This document shows, piece after piece, positions 41,137 to 51,205 of a DNA stretch of 64,000 nt. Each line of letters opens with the position of its first letter. Within the stretch, counting starts at the first letter, position 1. The position numbers and the translations under genes were made by a program. Where the stretch lies: NCBI GenBank assembly GCA_963977015.1, contig CAXBMO010000014.1, positions 1-64,000 of the forward strand. Reading direction: 5' to 3'. This stretch comes from an uncultured bacterium. GTDB lineage: Bacteria > Verrucomicrobiota > Verrucomicrobiia > Verrucomicrobiales > DEV007. The notes below the pieces were generated by a model that was not told the DNA's origin, did not search any database, and saw only the letters and a program-made list of their open reading frames with translations.

Positions 41137-42179
41137 TGGTTTTCAGGTTTGGGATTGGAATTCGAAATGAAAAAGCCGCCCGGTTCAATCGCGGCCTGGA
41201 TCCCGTTGCGACTTTCTGAAACGGCATCCGGCGCCGTCAAAACGACCGTGGCCGTTTTCGCCTCAAAATTCACGCCCGCCCAGTTCACTCCGGGCACGGT
41301 TCGCAGATCCTTCGCCAGCGCGGACGCGCAGCCCGGACAAGTCATACCTTCGACGGCGAACTCGATCCCTTCCCCGGCGGGCGGGACCGAATCGGCGGCT
41401 TGCGGGGAAAATCCTGGAATGGCCGGAAACGCGGCAAAACCCGCCGCCGCGAAAGCGGAAATCCAAACAAAAGCCCGCCGCCAAGCTGCGGTCCGGCGCC
41501 GGTAAACCATCCAAAACGCCAGCCCCAGCAGCAATGCGGCCGCTCCCAGAAACCATGGACGCCACACTTCGAGAATGCTCCCCAGTGCCGCGCCGGACAT
41601 CCCGAATCCCACCAGCAAAAGCGGCGCCCAGCAGCACGCCGAAGACGCTACCGCCGCAAATACCGCCCCTGCTGAGGCCAAGGCTCCGTTGCGCGAGTTT
41701 TCCAGGTTAGGCCCGGTTTTGGCGCAGCAATCCCCGGTTGGCTCCTCGCCGCCATGAGCGTTCCTGCCTTGCGCGGCGCGAATCGCCCGGTTCACCGCGC
41801 CGAGGCAGCAAGCACCGCGCGGGCTTTTGGTTTCGCACCAGCAGCCGTCCTTCATCCGGGCGCGAATGTCGTCGAAAACGGTGGAGGTTCCGGTCCGGGT
41901 CACTTCGTCCTCGATTTCTTCGATGCTGTGATCGAAGCAGTAGCAAACTGGGCGCGGCGCTTCGGTTTCCTTGAACCCGGCTCGCACGGTGAGGTCGGGT
42001 TTTTCGAACGGGGGCAACGATTCAGCGAAGTAAATCACCTCACAGTCAGTCTCCGTGCAAAGCTGCCAATCCGCGGGCTTCAACCGCGCCTTCGCCTCCG
42101 GATTGAGCAACGATTCCAGGGTGACGAGGCCGACCTTGGCGCCGGCTTGGCCGCAACGTGGACAGGGGGTGGTGGGCAT
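41133..42179 (-). CDS. Fusion: CopZ N-terminal Zn/2Fe-2S-like domain + MerT-like + HMA
   Basis: CPRC..C....CEVIYF..VCYCF..CWCETKSPRGACC; ASSACCWAP with 3 TM; GMTCPGC. Confidence 0.8.
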   Translation of the reverse strand: MPTTPCPRCGQAGAKVGLVTLESLLNPEAKARLKPADWQLCTETDCEVIYFAESLPPFEKPDLTVRAGFKETEAPRPVCYCFDHSIEEIEDEVTRTGTSTVFDDIRARMKDGCWCETKSPRGACCLGAVNRAIRAAQGRNAHGGEEPTGDCCAKTGPNLENSRNGALASAGAVFAAVASSACCWAPLLLVGFGMSGAALGSILEVWRPWFLGAAALLLGLAFWMVYRRRTAAWRRAFVWISAFAAAGFAAFPAIPGFSPQAADSVPPAGEGIEFAVEGMTCPGCASALAKDLRTVPGVNWAGVNFEAKTATVVLTAPDAVSESRNGIQAAIEPGGFFISNSNPKPENQ

Positions 42180-42186
42180 GGTTCGG

Positions 42187-42624
42187 CTAGTCTTGAGGAT
42201 TCGGTTTCAATTCGGCCTGGTCCAGATGGGCCAGAATCGGGCACTCTTCGTCCGCGCTCTCCGCGCAGGACTCGGAAAGTTTTTTCAGCGCCCGCTGGAT
42301 GCTGCGCAGGGAGCGGATCTTGGCCTCGATCTCGCGCATTTTCCCGGCGGCAATCGCCCGCACTCGTTCGCAGGGATTGCTGGCCCGGGCGCGCAATTCC
42401 AGCAACTCGCGGATGTCGCTGAGTGTGAACCCCAGCTCTTTGGCGCGCAGGATGAATCGCACCCGGTCCGCGGCGGAGGCCGGATAACGCCGGTAACCAG
42501 ATTGCGCATCGCGCGGAGGCTCGGGCAGCAGTTTCTGGCGTTCGTAGAAACGCAGGGTTTCGACCCCGGCCCCGCTTTCACGGGCCAGTTGGCCGATGGT
42601 CAGGTGGTGGGTTTCCGGCTTCAC
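42187..42624 (-). CDS. MerR-family metal-responsive regulator
   Basis: LTIGQLA..VETLRFYER..GYRRY; three Cys (NPC, SC, ECPIL). Confidence 0.93.
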   Translation of the reverse strand: MKPETHHLTIGQLARESGAGVETLRFYERQKLLPEPPRDAQSGYRRYPASAADRVRFILRAKELGFTLSDIRELLELRARASNPCERVRAIAAGKMREIEAKIRSLRSIQRALKKLSESCAESADEECPILAHLDQAELKPNPQD

Positions 42625-42631
42625 GAAAAGC

Positions 42632-42663
42632 ATTCTACACCCTGTACCTAGGTACGGAGTCAA
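42632..42663 (-). promoter_or_regulatory. MerR-type promoter/operator
   Basis: TTGACT-N20-TAGAAT with palindrome GTACCTAGGTAC (42644-42655) in the spacer. Confidence 0.88.
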
Positions 42664-42756
42664 GCGCCGATTACCCGTGGGGTGCCCTTCCGGCGGAAAT
42701 CGATAATCCAATTATGACTTGATTTGGAATGCCCTGCTGCGGGATAATAAAGGATC

Positions 42757-43071
42757 ATGAAATCAAAGCTCATTCGCCGCTTGGCCTTAGCGGGTGTGGC
42801 CTTGGCTTCGCTGGTTCTAACCGGTTGTTCCTACTATCCGTATGGCGGTGGCTATTCTGGCCTCGGCTACGGATATTACGGCTATGGCGGCCATCATCGT
42901 CATCATTACGCCCGCTACGGACATTATGGCCACCGCTACAGCATCCGTCTTGTAGCATCCCCTGAACGAACTTGGGGAAACCTGAGGACCGGCGTAGGTC
43001 TTTACTCCGCCCAATGCCACCCGGATTTGCGCGGCTATGCCGCGTTGGGCAGGGAACGCGATACAACCTGA
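42757..43071 (+). CDS. Gly/Tyr/His-rich lipoprotein
   Basis: LTGC lipobox followed by YYPYGGGYSG...HHRHHY; C-terminal part uncertain. Confidence 0.55.
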   Translation: MKSKLIRRLALAGVALASLVLTGCSYYPYGGGYSGLGYGYYGYGGHHRHHYARYGHYGHRYSIRLVASPERTWGNLRTGVGLYSAQCHPDLRGYAALGRERDTT

Positions 43072-43304
43072 GCCAGCGTGGTCAGGCTGGTAAAGGTATT
43101 TTCGTCGATTGCTTCGTCCGGGATCATGGCACCGAATTCGTCTTCTATCTGGACGAGCAATTCGATGCTGGCCAGCGAGTCGAGCCCGGCCTGGCCGAGA
43201 TGCTGATCGGGGGCGAGATCGATTTCCGCGGCGAGAAGCCGCAGGTGCGGCCGGAGCAGCGATTCGAGGCGGTGGGTGATTTCGGTGGATTTTTGGGTTG
43301 GCAT
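43035..43304 (-). CDS. Acyl carrier protein
   Basis: GLDSL phosphopantetheine site, IEDEFG. Confidence 0.9.
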   Translation of the reverse strand: MPTQKSTEITHRLESLLRPHLRLLAAEIDLAPDQHLGQAGLDSLASIELLVQIEDEFGAMIPDEAIDENTFTSLTTLAQVVSRSLPNAA

Positions 43305-43328
43305 ATCGGATGGCGGTTTGGATGAGTC

Positions 43329-44555
43329 TTAGAAAAGCGTTACTTCCTGGTGACCGGTGGGAAGTTGGTGGATGGCGGTGACTTCGCTGTCCTGAAAGGC
43401 AATTTCGAGCGGGGTGGGCCGGCTCAGGAACCCGGTCAGGCTTCCGGTCGCACCGTAGGCGCCAACGTTGGGAATGGCGAGCAGATCCCCGGGCTCGATA
43501 GCCGGCAGAGTCAGATTGCGCGCCAGGCAGTCCAGCGGAGTGCACAACTGGCCAACGACGTCAGCCGTCAGTTCGCCGGAGCGCGGAGTCACCGTTATCA
43601 GATCGATCGCGAATCGCGGGATGCGGCCCAGTCCGGCCATGCCGCCGAGGTGGTGAATCCCGGTGTCGAGCACGACGTAGGTGCGGCCTTTGGAAACTTT
43701 GAGTTCGACGACCCGGGTCAGCAGCGTGCCGGAAGAGGCGGCCAGGTAACGGCCCGATTCGAACCACCACCGGGCATCGCGCGCGCTGCCGGCTTCAGCG
43801 TAAATCGCGGCCAGGAGCGGCCGCAAGGCGCTGAGGTCGCGCTCGCCGGCTTTGGCGTAGGGCCAGGGAAAACCGCCGCCCAGGTTGAGGAACCGCAGTT
43901 CGAATCCCAGCTTGCGGGCTACGTTTTCCGCTGTGTCCACCGCAGAGCGGAAGCAGGCGGCGAGTGCCTCGGCATCCTCGATTTGCGTGCCCCAGTAAAC
44001 GTGGATTCCGACCACTTCGACGGCGTCGGCCACCGCCTCAATCCGGTGGCGCTCGATTTCAGTCAGGTTCTCTTCTTCGAACCCGAATTGACTGGCGACA
44101 CCAGCCATGGCTAGCTTGGCTCGCGGCGCTTGCAACGGATTGACCCGAAGCAGCGCGCGGACACGGGTGGCTGCCTGGCGGGCCGCCGTGGCGATTGCGG
44201 CCAGGTCGTGCCAGGATTCCACGGAGAACTGGCGCACGCCGGCATCGATCGCCCCCCCGATTTCGTTGGCGGTTTTCCCGGGACCGCCATAGAGCGCCCG
44301 GCCGAGGTCGAAGCCTGCACGTGCGCTGGCACGAAGTTCGCCGGGCGAGGTCAGGTCCGCTTCGCAGCCCGCTCTACGCAGCTCGCCGGCAAGGGAGGGG
44401 AGGGGATTTGCCTTGAAGGAGTAAAGCAGGCGCGGTTCGGCCTGGGCCGGGAAAAGGGCCTGCAATTCGGCGGCGCGGCGGGTCGCAAGACCAAGGTCGT
44501 AGCAATAGGCCGGCGTGCCGTGGCGCTCCGCCAGTTCTTGAAAAAACGCGTTCAT
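43329..44555 (-). CDS. Fold-type III PLP-dependent decarboxylase (LysA/BtrK-like)
   Basis: YSFKAN, GPGK, NLGGGF, ESGRY, GQLCTPLD, GAYG. Confidence 0.9.
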   Translation of the reverse strand: MNAFFQELAERHGTPAYCYDLGLATRRAAELQALFPAQAEPRLLYSFKANPLPSLAGELRRAGCEADLTSPGELRASARAGFDLGRALYGGPGKTANEIGGAIDAGVRQFSVESWHDLAAIATAARQAATRVRALLRVNPLQAPRAKLAMAGVASQFGFEEENLTEIERHRIEAVADAVEVVGIHVYWGTQIEDAEALAACFRSAVDTAENVARKLGFELRFLNLGGGFPWPYAKAGERDLSALRPLLAAIYAEAGSARDARWWFESGRYLAASSGTLLTRVVELKVSKGRTYVVLDTGIHHLGGMAGLGRIPRFAIDLITVTPRSGELTADVVGQLCTPLDCLARNLTLPAIEPGDLLAIPNVGAYGATGSLTGFLSRPTPLEIAFQDSEVTAIHQLPTGHQEVTLF

Positions 44556-44556
44556 A

Positions 44557-46122
44557 TTAAGAGGCGGTGGTTTCGGATTCGAGCTGGCGTTGCAGCGATT
44601 TGCGGTCCGTTTTTCCGTTGATGGATTTCGGTAGACTGGGGCGCGGATGGACGAAATCCGGAATTTTGGCCGGTTCCAGCACCTTACTGAGCGCGCTCAA
44701 GATCGCGTTTTGGCTCAAATCGGCATCGTCGGTGCTGATGAAGAGATGCAGGGTGTCGTCCGCTACCCGTTTCAGCGCTGCGGCTTCGCTGACTCCACCA
44801 ATGCCGCAGGCTTCATTTTCGATCTCCACCGGACTGATCCGGTTTCCGCGGTGTTTGAGCAGATCGTCGGCACGGGCAGCGAAGTAGAGAAATCCCTCGT
44901 CGTCAACCCGGCCGCGGTCGCCGGTGAACAGATCAACCTGGCGGCCGCCGTTCACGCCCGTTACGCGGTAGCGACGCGCGGTTTCCTCCGGCGCCCGCCA
45001 GTATCCCTTGGCAACGTGCGGGCCGCGCACCACCAGTTCGCCTGCGATGCCCGGGGGGAGACGCCTGCCCAATTCGTCCGCGGCGTAAACTTCAGTTCCG
45101 TCGAGCGGGCGGCCCACCGAATCCGGCCTGCACTCGCATTCTTCCGGCAGAAGGATTGAGACTCGTTTGCACTCCGTCAGGCCGTACATGACGTAGACCT
45201 CCAAGCCGGAGAACATCGCCTTCAACCCGTCAATGTAGGCCCGCGGCAGCCGCTCGCCGGTGTTGGTAACGGCGCGCAGGGCCGGCAACGCGATCGGGCG
45301 GCGTTTGCCCAGCATGAGCAGTGCGGCGTAAACCGCGGGAACGCCGGGGAGGACGCTGACGCCGGCTTCCGCGAGGATGCGGGGCAGTCTGGGGCCGACT
45401 TGGTCCGGATCGCCAATGAAGAGCCGCGCCCCGGCCTGTGCCGCGAGAAATATCTGGTAGAGCCCGTAGTCGAAGGCCAACGGCAAGAAGCAGCCGACGA
45501 CGTCCTCCGGCCGGTAGTTCAGCCGGGCCTGGATGGCGGCCACCACAAACCGGATATTGGCGTGGGAAAGCTCGACCCCGCGGGGATCTGCCGTCGATCC
45601 GGAAGTGAACACGAGACAAACCGTGGCATTGCCGCTCGCCGGTGGCCTCTCCGGCAGCGTGTCCGGATCCGCCACCGCTTGTTCCCAGCCAATCCAGCCT
45701 TCCCGGGCCGTTGCCGCATCGGCGCCTGTTTGGACCCGGATGTCGATCCCGTTTCCTGAGGCGGGCTCGGTGACTTCCGCGTCGCCAATTAGCACCCGCG
45801 GTTCGGCCTGGCGAAAGATCTTTTCGACGCCTTTGGGCCGCAATTTGTCGTTCAACACCACAAACACTCCGCCCACCGCGGCAGTGGCAAACACGGCGAT
45901 GGCGACTTCCACCCGGTTACGCATTTGGATCGCGACCCGGTCGCCCGGATTCAGCCCGTTGCGGCGCAGAAACGAGGCCAGCGACCGGACTTCAGCCTGC
46001 GTTTGCGCGTAGGTGAGCGTGCGGCGCCGGTCGTCAAGAAAAACGGCGTCGGGTCGCTCCGCTGCGGCATCTTCGAGGAGGTTGGGCAGAGAGGAGAGAT
46101 TGAATTGAGAACAGGAAACCAA
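44557..46122 (-). CDS. AMP-binding acyl/aminoacyl ligase
   Basis: FTSGST..PRGV, MYGLTE, TGD, RISP.EIE, NGKTDRK; start uncertain. Confidence 0.92.
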   Translation of the reverse strand: MVSCSQFNLSSLPNLLEDAAAERPDAVFLDDRRRTLTYAQTQAEVRSLASFLRRNGLNPGDRVAIQMRNRVEVAIAVFATAAVGGVFVVLNDKLRPKGVEKIFRQAEPRVLIGDAEVTEPASGNGIDIRVQTGADAATAREGWIGWEQAVADPDTLPERPPASGNATVCLVFTSGSTADPRGVELSHANIRFVVAAIQARLNYRPEDVVGCFLPLAFDYGLYQIFLAAQAGARLFIGDPDQVGPRLPRILAEAGVSVLPGVPAVYAALLMLGKRRPIALPALRAVTNTGERLPRAYIDGLKAMFSGLEVYVMYGLTECKRVSILLPEECECRPDSVGRPLDGTEVYAADELGRRLPPGIAGELVVRGPHVAKGYWRAPEETARRYRVTGVNGGRQVDLFTGDRGRVDDEGFLYFAARADDLLKHRGNRISPVEIENEACGIGGVSEAAALKRVADDTLHLFISTDDADLSQNAILSALSKVLEPAKIPDFVHPRPSLPKSINGKTDRKSLQRQLESETTAS

Positions 46123-46214
46123 GGTAGCAGATTGAATGAATTCTAAAAGTTATAGAAATTATACCTCACCTAAGATAACTTCAACGAATTTCCCTCTCTG
46201 TTGTTGCCTGGATC

Positions 46215-47582
46215 ATGAAGCAAAAACTTGCGGCTCTCGACCAACTCGAACTGTTCGGCGGGCGGGATCCGCTGATGCGCCGCATTCTGGCGGTCATGTT
46301 TACGGTAGGCAGCCTCACGATTCTGGTGAAGGTACTCGCATTTTCGAAGGAATTGCTCGTGGCCGGCCGGTTTGGCTCCTCGGACGTGATGGACGCCTTC
46401 GTCAGCGCATTTACGATCTGGTCGTTTCTGACCGGCGTGATCGGGGGCGCCTTGCCGGACGCGCTGGTTCCGGTTTACAGCAAAGCGAAGCAGCGCGCCC
46501 CCCAAATTGCCGACCAATTCGCCGTCAACGCCATCTGGGTTTACGTCGTGAAGCTGGTTCTCATTACCGGGGTGTTTCTGGTTTTGGGCCAATGGCTCGC
46601 TCCATGGTTTACGCACGGCTACACGGAAGAGAAACGCGCCTTGACTGTGAAATTGTTTTATTGCCTGGCCCCGTTTTCGGTGTTTTGGGGCACCTCCCTG
46701 ATCATGACCATGTTGCTCCAGGCGAACAAGCGCTTCATCCTGGCGGCGGCGGCTCCGGCGGCAATTCCCTTTTGCGCCATAATTGGCTTGCTGGCGGGAT
46801 ACGAGCTGATCGGGATCTACGCGCTGATTTTGGGCACGACAGCCGGCGCTCTCATCCAGATGGGGCTGGTAACAACCGGATTTTTCAGGGCACACTGTTC
46901 CATCCCCTTCTTTCAGTTCCGCGACTTACGGGACGAACACATGGGCGAACTGGTTCGCGCGACCTGGCCCTATTTGCTGAGCGGCGTCATCATGGGCAGC
47001 ACTATCGTGGTGGACGTGGGCATGGCCGCGGGCCTGGATCGGGGCAGCGTTTCGGTACTTTCCTACGCGGAGCGGATTTGCACGATCGGCCTCGTTCTGG
47101 CCTCGGTCATGGTCACCGAGGCCCTCTATCCGTATCTATCGGACATGGTTGCGAAGGAGGAATGGAAACGGCTCAAATACATGGTGAGCCGCTTTTGCGT
47201 CCTGATTTTGGCCATCAGCTTCCCCTGCGTTGCAACCATCTGGTGGGGCGCCGAATGGATCGTGATGGTCCTGTTCGAGCGCAACGAATTCACTCATCAA
47301 GACACCTTACGGGTTGCGGGGGTGCTGCGCTGGCTCAGCCTACAGATTCCCTTCAACCTTCTGGCGGTGCTGGGATCGCGGGTCATCTGCGCCATGCTGG
47401 CGTCGCGATTCATGCTGCTGACGACGGTCGTGAATCTGGGTCTGAACATTGCCGGCAATTACTACTTCGCGCGGTTTATGGGCGTCGAAGGGATTGCCCT
47501 CTCGACCGCGGTGGTATACCTGATTTCCGCGGCGATGCTCTACACTTTCTTCGTGATTCAGATCCGCAAACGGATCGCGTAG
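46215..47582 (+). CDS. MurJ/MviN-like (MOP) flippase
   Basis: KELLVAGRFG..DAF, LSYAER, ALYP, GIALST; many TM segments. Confidence 0.85.
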   Translation: MKQKLAALDQLELFGGRDPLMRRILAVMFTVGSLTILVKVLAFSKELLVAGRFGSSDVMDAFVSAFTIWSFLTGVIGGALPDALVPVYSKAKQRAPQIADQFAVNAIWVYVVKLVLITGVFLVLGQWLAPWFTHGYTEEKRALTVKLFYCLAPFSVFWGTSLIMTMLLQANKRFILAAAAPAAIPFCAIIGLLAGYELIGIYALILGTTAGALIQMGLVTTGFFRAHCSIPFFQFRDLRDEHMGELVRATWPYLLSGVIMGSTIVVDVGMAAGLDRGSVSVLSYAERICTIGLVLASVMVTEALYPYLSDMVAKEEWKRLKYMVSRFCVLILAISFPCVATIWWGAEWIVMVLFERNEFTHQDTLRVAGVLRWLSLQIPFNLLAVLGSRVICAMLASRFMLLTTVVNLGLNIAGNYYFARFMGVEGIALSTAVVYLISAAMLYTFFVIQIRKRIA

Positions 47583-47594
47583 CGCTCGCCCGAT

Positions 47595-48590
47595 TTAGAG
47601 GAGCATCGAGTCGCCCTCGGACGGCTGCGCGACCTTTTCAGTGTCCCGGAGCGAAGATGGGGAAAGGTGGTAAAGATGGGTCGACCAACTTCTGCGGATG
47701 AGCCAATCCGGACGAAATCCACCGTTCAGGCTCGTCCAAGCAACCACGCTGGTTTTGGGTGGTAGCCCGCATTGACCGGGTTCGCGGGAGGCGAAATTGG
47801 CCAGCCGAAGCAAACCGGCGCCGTCTGCGTCGAAACTCGCACTTTCCATGACCCGGGCGCTCAAAAGACCGAATTTCGACTTGGTGTTGGCAATGAAATA
47901 GGCACAAAGCCGGCCGGAATCGTCACACAACCCGGCAAAGCAGAGTGGCTGGGAACCGCTCCGAATAAACCAAGCCAAGCCTTCCCGGGTAACGTGTTTT
48001 TGAAGTTTGGAAGTTTCCGGCGTTGGAATTGAGCGCGCTTCCATGGGGTCGAGCACGACATGGAAGCCCTGCAGATTCTCCCGGCGGCCGAGTGTGGCCA
48101 GCCTGACCAGGGGGACGATCCGGTAACGCTGCGCGCCCGTCCCCGTTTTCTGGAACCCGAGCCGGTCCAGAATAGCCCGGACTTCCCCGGAGGGAGTGCC
48201 GTCAACGAGGTGAAACCGCTGCGACAATCGCTTCAACCGCATCATCATCCCCAGCGCGGCCGACCGCTGGCTTTCGCGAACGAAAAACGTGGTGGAAATC
48301 AGACCCGGTATAACCTCACCGCCCTTCACATAGTCCTGCGGGATAAATCCTTGAAACCCCACAATTTGGTTCGTCTCTTGAAGCCGCAAAACGAACCCCA
48401 GCGGGGTGTCTACCCGGCTGAACGGGTTCGATGTCCACCAATGGCTCAGCCGCTTGGACCAGACGGCCGGATTCGCGTCCAACTCGGAGCCATCGGGCAA
48501 CTCGCCGTCACCAACAAAGTCCGCCAGGAAATCGGCGACCTCTTCTAATTCCGCGGCGGGCAGGCGGAATTCCTGGATTTCGTAGCTCAT
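47595..48590 (-). CDS. GNAT-like acyltransferase
   Basis: WW..NP, GFVL....IVGFQG, TTFFVRESQRS. Confidence 0.55.
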   Translation of the reverse strand: MSYEIQEFRLPAAELEEVADFLADFVGDGELPDGSELDANPAVWSKRLSHWWTSNPFSRVDTPLGFVLRLQETNQIVGFQGFIPQDYVKGGEVIPGLISTTFFVRESQRSAALGMMMRLKRLSQRFHLVDGTPSGEVRAILDRLGFQKTGTGAQRYRIVPLVRLATLGRRENLQGFHVVLDPMEARSIPTPETSKLQKHVTREGLAWFIRSGSQPLCFAGLCDDSGRLCAYFIANTKSKFGLLSARVMESASFDADGAGLLRLANFASREPGQCGLPPKTSVVAWTSLNGGFRPDWLIRRSWSTHLYHLSPSSLRDTEKVAQPSEGDSMLL

Positions 48591-48707
48591 GGGATGCACA
48601 AGTTCATGCCTCCGCGGCCACGGAACGTGCGCCGCGAGGAGTTATCTGGGAGAAAGCATGGCTGAAAACCGAAAGCAACCGGGAGGAAAGTAGCTCATTG
48701 TAACCTG

Positions 48708-48735
48708 AAACGCCATTTCTCCAGGCAAACCCTCA
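48708..48735 (-). promoter_or_regulatory. Putative ECF promoter
   Basis: TGAGGG-N15-GGCGTTT. Confidence 0.55.
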
Positions 48736-48767
48736 AAGTTTTCGGATTTTCTGGATCTTAAGTTTAA

Positions 48768-51125
48768 TTAGAACCGAAGCCCCAGTCCGCCGCCGAGACC
48801 GAATTCAGAGTGATACTGGCCAATCAGGGACGCGCGTTTCCCCAAAATCCATTCCAGCCCGGCGGCCCATTCCCACTCAGACCGGGTATCGTACTGGACT
48901 TCACCAAAGATTCCGAGGCGCGGTGTGATGGGATAACCTTTGGCAGCTCCGAAGCGGAATTCGCCGTCGGTATCAACCCACGCGTAAGAATCGATCAAAA
49001 GGGGAAGTGGATAGCTGAGCCCAAATATCCCTCGATCGCCCAAATCGTTGTTCGTCAGTTCCGCCCCGCCAAATACCGAAAGGAAGCGGTTGAAGGAATA
49101 AGCCGCGGTAAGGGGGATTTCGTATTCGGTTTCGTCCACATTACCCCAGCCGATCTCCCAATTGGCATTCAGTATGGTGCGCGTGTTAGAGAGAGTCAGG
49201 TTACCCTCGGTCATGTGTGACATACCCGCTCCTTCAGCCCAGAAATACCATGGATCCTCAAAGAGCTCGTGCCGGACTGCCGCCGTTTCAGGCGCAGGCT
49301 GGAAGTTGTCATATTCGACAACGCGGGCCATGCCGCTGTGCATGTGATAGAGCAGGTGGCAGTGGAAAAACCAGTCGCCTACTTCGTCGGAGTAGAATTC
49401 GATCACCGTGGTGGACATGGGCTCCACATCCACGGTGTGTTTGAGCGGGGCGCGGTCTCCTTGGCCGTTGACTACGCGGAAAAAATGACCGTGCAGGTGC
49501 ATGGGATGGTGCATCATCGTGCGGTTGATCATGATAAAGCGCACTACTTCGCCTTCACGAATGTGGATTTGATCGGTTTCGTGAAGGGCTTTGTTGTTGA
49601 TGAACCAGACGTAGCGTTCCATGTCGCCATCCAGGGTGAGGCGGATTTCCCGAACCGGCTTGTCTTTGGGCAAAGCGGTGGAACGGACAGCGCGTAGCCG
49701 GCTGTAGATCGGCCAGGGGCGGCGCGGGTCCATTCCATCAACCGCGAGTTCACTGCGGGCGGAACCGTGTTCCATGCCATTCATGGAAGGGCCTGCTTGA
49801 CCGTTCATCGGCATTTTCATTTCCCCGTGATTCATTGGCGCTGGCGCCTCGCTTGAATCTTTTCCGTGATCCATCTTCATTCCAGGCATCCCCTGGTCGT
49901 TACCTTCACCATGATTCATCCCCTGGGACATCTTCATCCCGGACATCGCCTGATCTCCGCCCCCGCCGTGGGGCATCCCTTCCATAGTAGATCCCATTCC
50001 GCTCATGCCCATCATTCCCGGCTTGTCGAACTTCCCCGATTCAACTGCGGCGTCGTTCATCCCCATCGCGCCCGCGGGAGTCAGAGCCAGCAGTTTCTGA
50101 AGCTTGAGGCTGCCCATCGTAGCGTAGAGATCCGGTTTGGGAATGTCCGGAGCAGGATGCCGTTCTCCATGTCCGATCCAGACGGATGCTTGCCCGGAAC
50201 CGTCGTGGGCCGTGGCGCGAAACTCATAGCTTCCATGGGCCGGCACCTTCACCAATACGTCGTAGGTTTCGGCGACACCGATGAGAAATCGCTCTTCCCG
50301 GACAGGCTCGACTTCCTGGCCGTCGGCGGAGATAATCGTCATCGGCCCACCCGCATATTCGAGGAAGAAAAACGTCGTGGCTGATCCGTCGATAACGCGC
50401 AAACGCACCGTTTCACCAGGAGCTGCTTTCAACTGGGTTTCGGGTTCCCCGTTGGCCAGAAAGTGGTCGTAGGCCACATCGGAAATGTCCATTGGAGGCA
50501 TGCGTTGCAGCTCCCGCTTAAAGTAATCGCCCAATCGCCCGAGCCGGGCTGCCTCGGTCAGGCTCTGGGCGCTGCCTTTCTTGATGGCGTAGTATTCGCT
50601 GCCACGTTTCAGGGTTCGGAGGACCTCATGCGGGTTTTCATCCGTCCAATCGGATAACAAAACCACTTCGTCATGATCCGCATGATGCTTTTCACCGCCG
50701 CGGGGGAGAATGACGATTGAGCCGTAAACCCCACTTTGTTCCTGGAGACCCGAGTGGGAGTGATACCAATAGGTCCCGGTCTGCCGCAGCGTGAATTCGT
50801 AGCGAAACGTCGTGCCGGGAGCAATGGGCGGATAGGTGACGAAGGGCACACCATCCTGGTCATTGGGCAGCAGAAGACCATGCCAGTGAATGGAAGTTGG
50901 AGCGTCCATCTCGTTGGTCACGTTGATGACGGCCCGGTCGCCGTTGGTGAATTGGAGCGTTGGCCCCGGAATCCCACCGTTGATTGTCATCGCAGGCCTT
51001 GCTTTGCCTGTGAAATCGAGGTTTTGCTGGCGGATCACGAGGTCATATTCGACCGTCTCACCAAAGAGAGAGGCACTCGCAAAGGCGAGGAAAACGAAGC
51101 AGATAGCGCGTAAGGATGGATTCAT
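48768..51125 (-). CDS. Multicopper oxidase with Met-rich insert and C-terminal beta-barrel-like domain
   Basis: HWH, WYHSH, HPMHLHGH, HCHLLYHMHSGM; C-terminus ends GLGLRF. Confidence 0.93.
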   Translation of the reverse strand: MNPSLRAICFVFLAFASASLFGETVEYDLVIRQQNLDFTGKARPAMTINGGIPGPTLQFTNGDRAVINVTNEMDAPTSIHWHGLLLPNDQDGVPFVTYPPIAPGTTFRYEFTLRQTGTYWYHSHSGLQEQSGVYGSIVILPRGGEKHHADHDEVVLLSDWTDENPHEVLRTLKRGSEYYAIKKGSAQSLTEAARLGRLGDYFKRELQRMPPMDISDVAYDHFLANGEPETQLKAAPGETVRLRVIDGSATTFFFLEYAGGPMTIISADGQEVEPVREERFLIGVAETYDVLVKVPAHGSYEFRATAHDGSGQASVWIGHGERHPAPDIPKPDLYATMGSLKLQKLLALTPAGAMGMNDAAVESGKFDKPGMMGMSGMGSTMEGMPHGGGGDQAMSGMKMSQGMNHGEGNDQGMPGMKMDHGKDSSEAPAPMNHGEMKMPMNGQAGPSMNGMEHGSARSELAVDGMDPRRPWPIYSRLRAVRSTALPKDKPVREIRLTLDGDMERYVWFINNKALHETDQIHIREGEVVRFIMINRTMMHHPMHLHGHFFRVVNGQGDRAPLKHTVDVEPMSTTVIEFYSDEVGDWFFHCHLLYHMHSGMARVVEYDNFQPAPETAAVRHELFEDPWYFWAEGAGMSHMTEGNLTLSNTRTILNANWEIGWGNVDETEYEIPLTAAYSFNRFLSVFGGAELTNNDLGDRGIFGLSYPLPLLIDSYAWVDTDGEFRFGAAKGYPITPRLGIFGEVQYDTRSEWEWAAGLEWILGKRASLIGQYHSEFGLGGGLGLRF

Positions 51126-51205
51126 TGGCGCATGTTAGGGTGTGTGTTGGCCTGGGTCAAATTCGAACTTGTTGACTTCTAAAGGAGCTGAAATAACACA
51201 GCTTC

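Noticed and set aside
46136-47701. 521 aa ORF overlapping the flippase
   Set aside because: Alternative frame, Arg/Gly-rich composition typical of GC-rich shadow ORFs.
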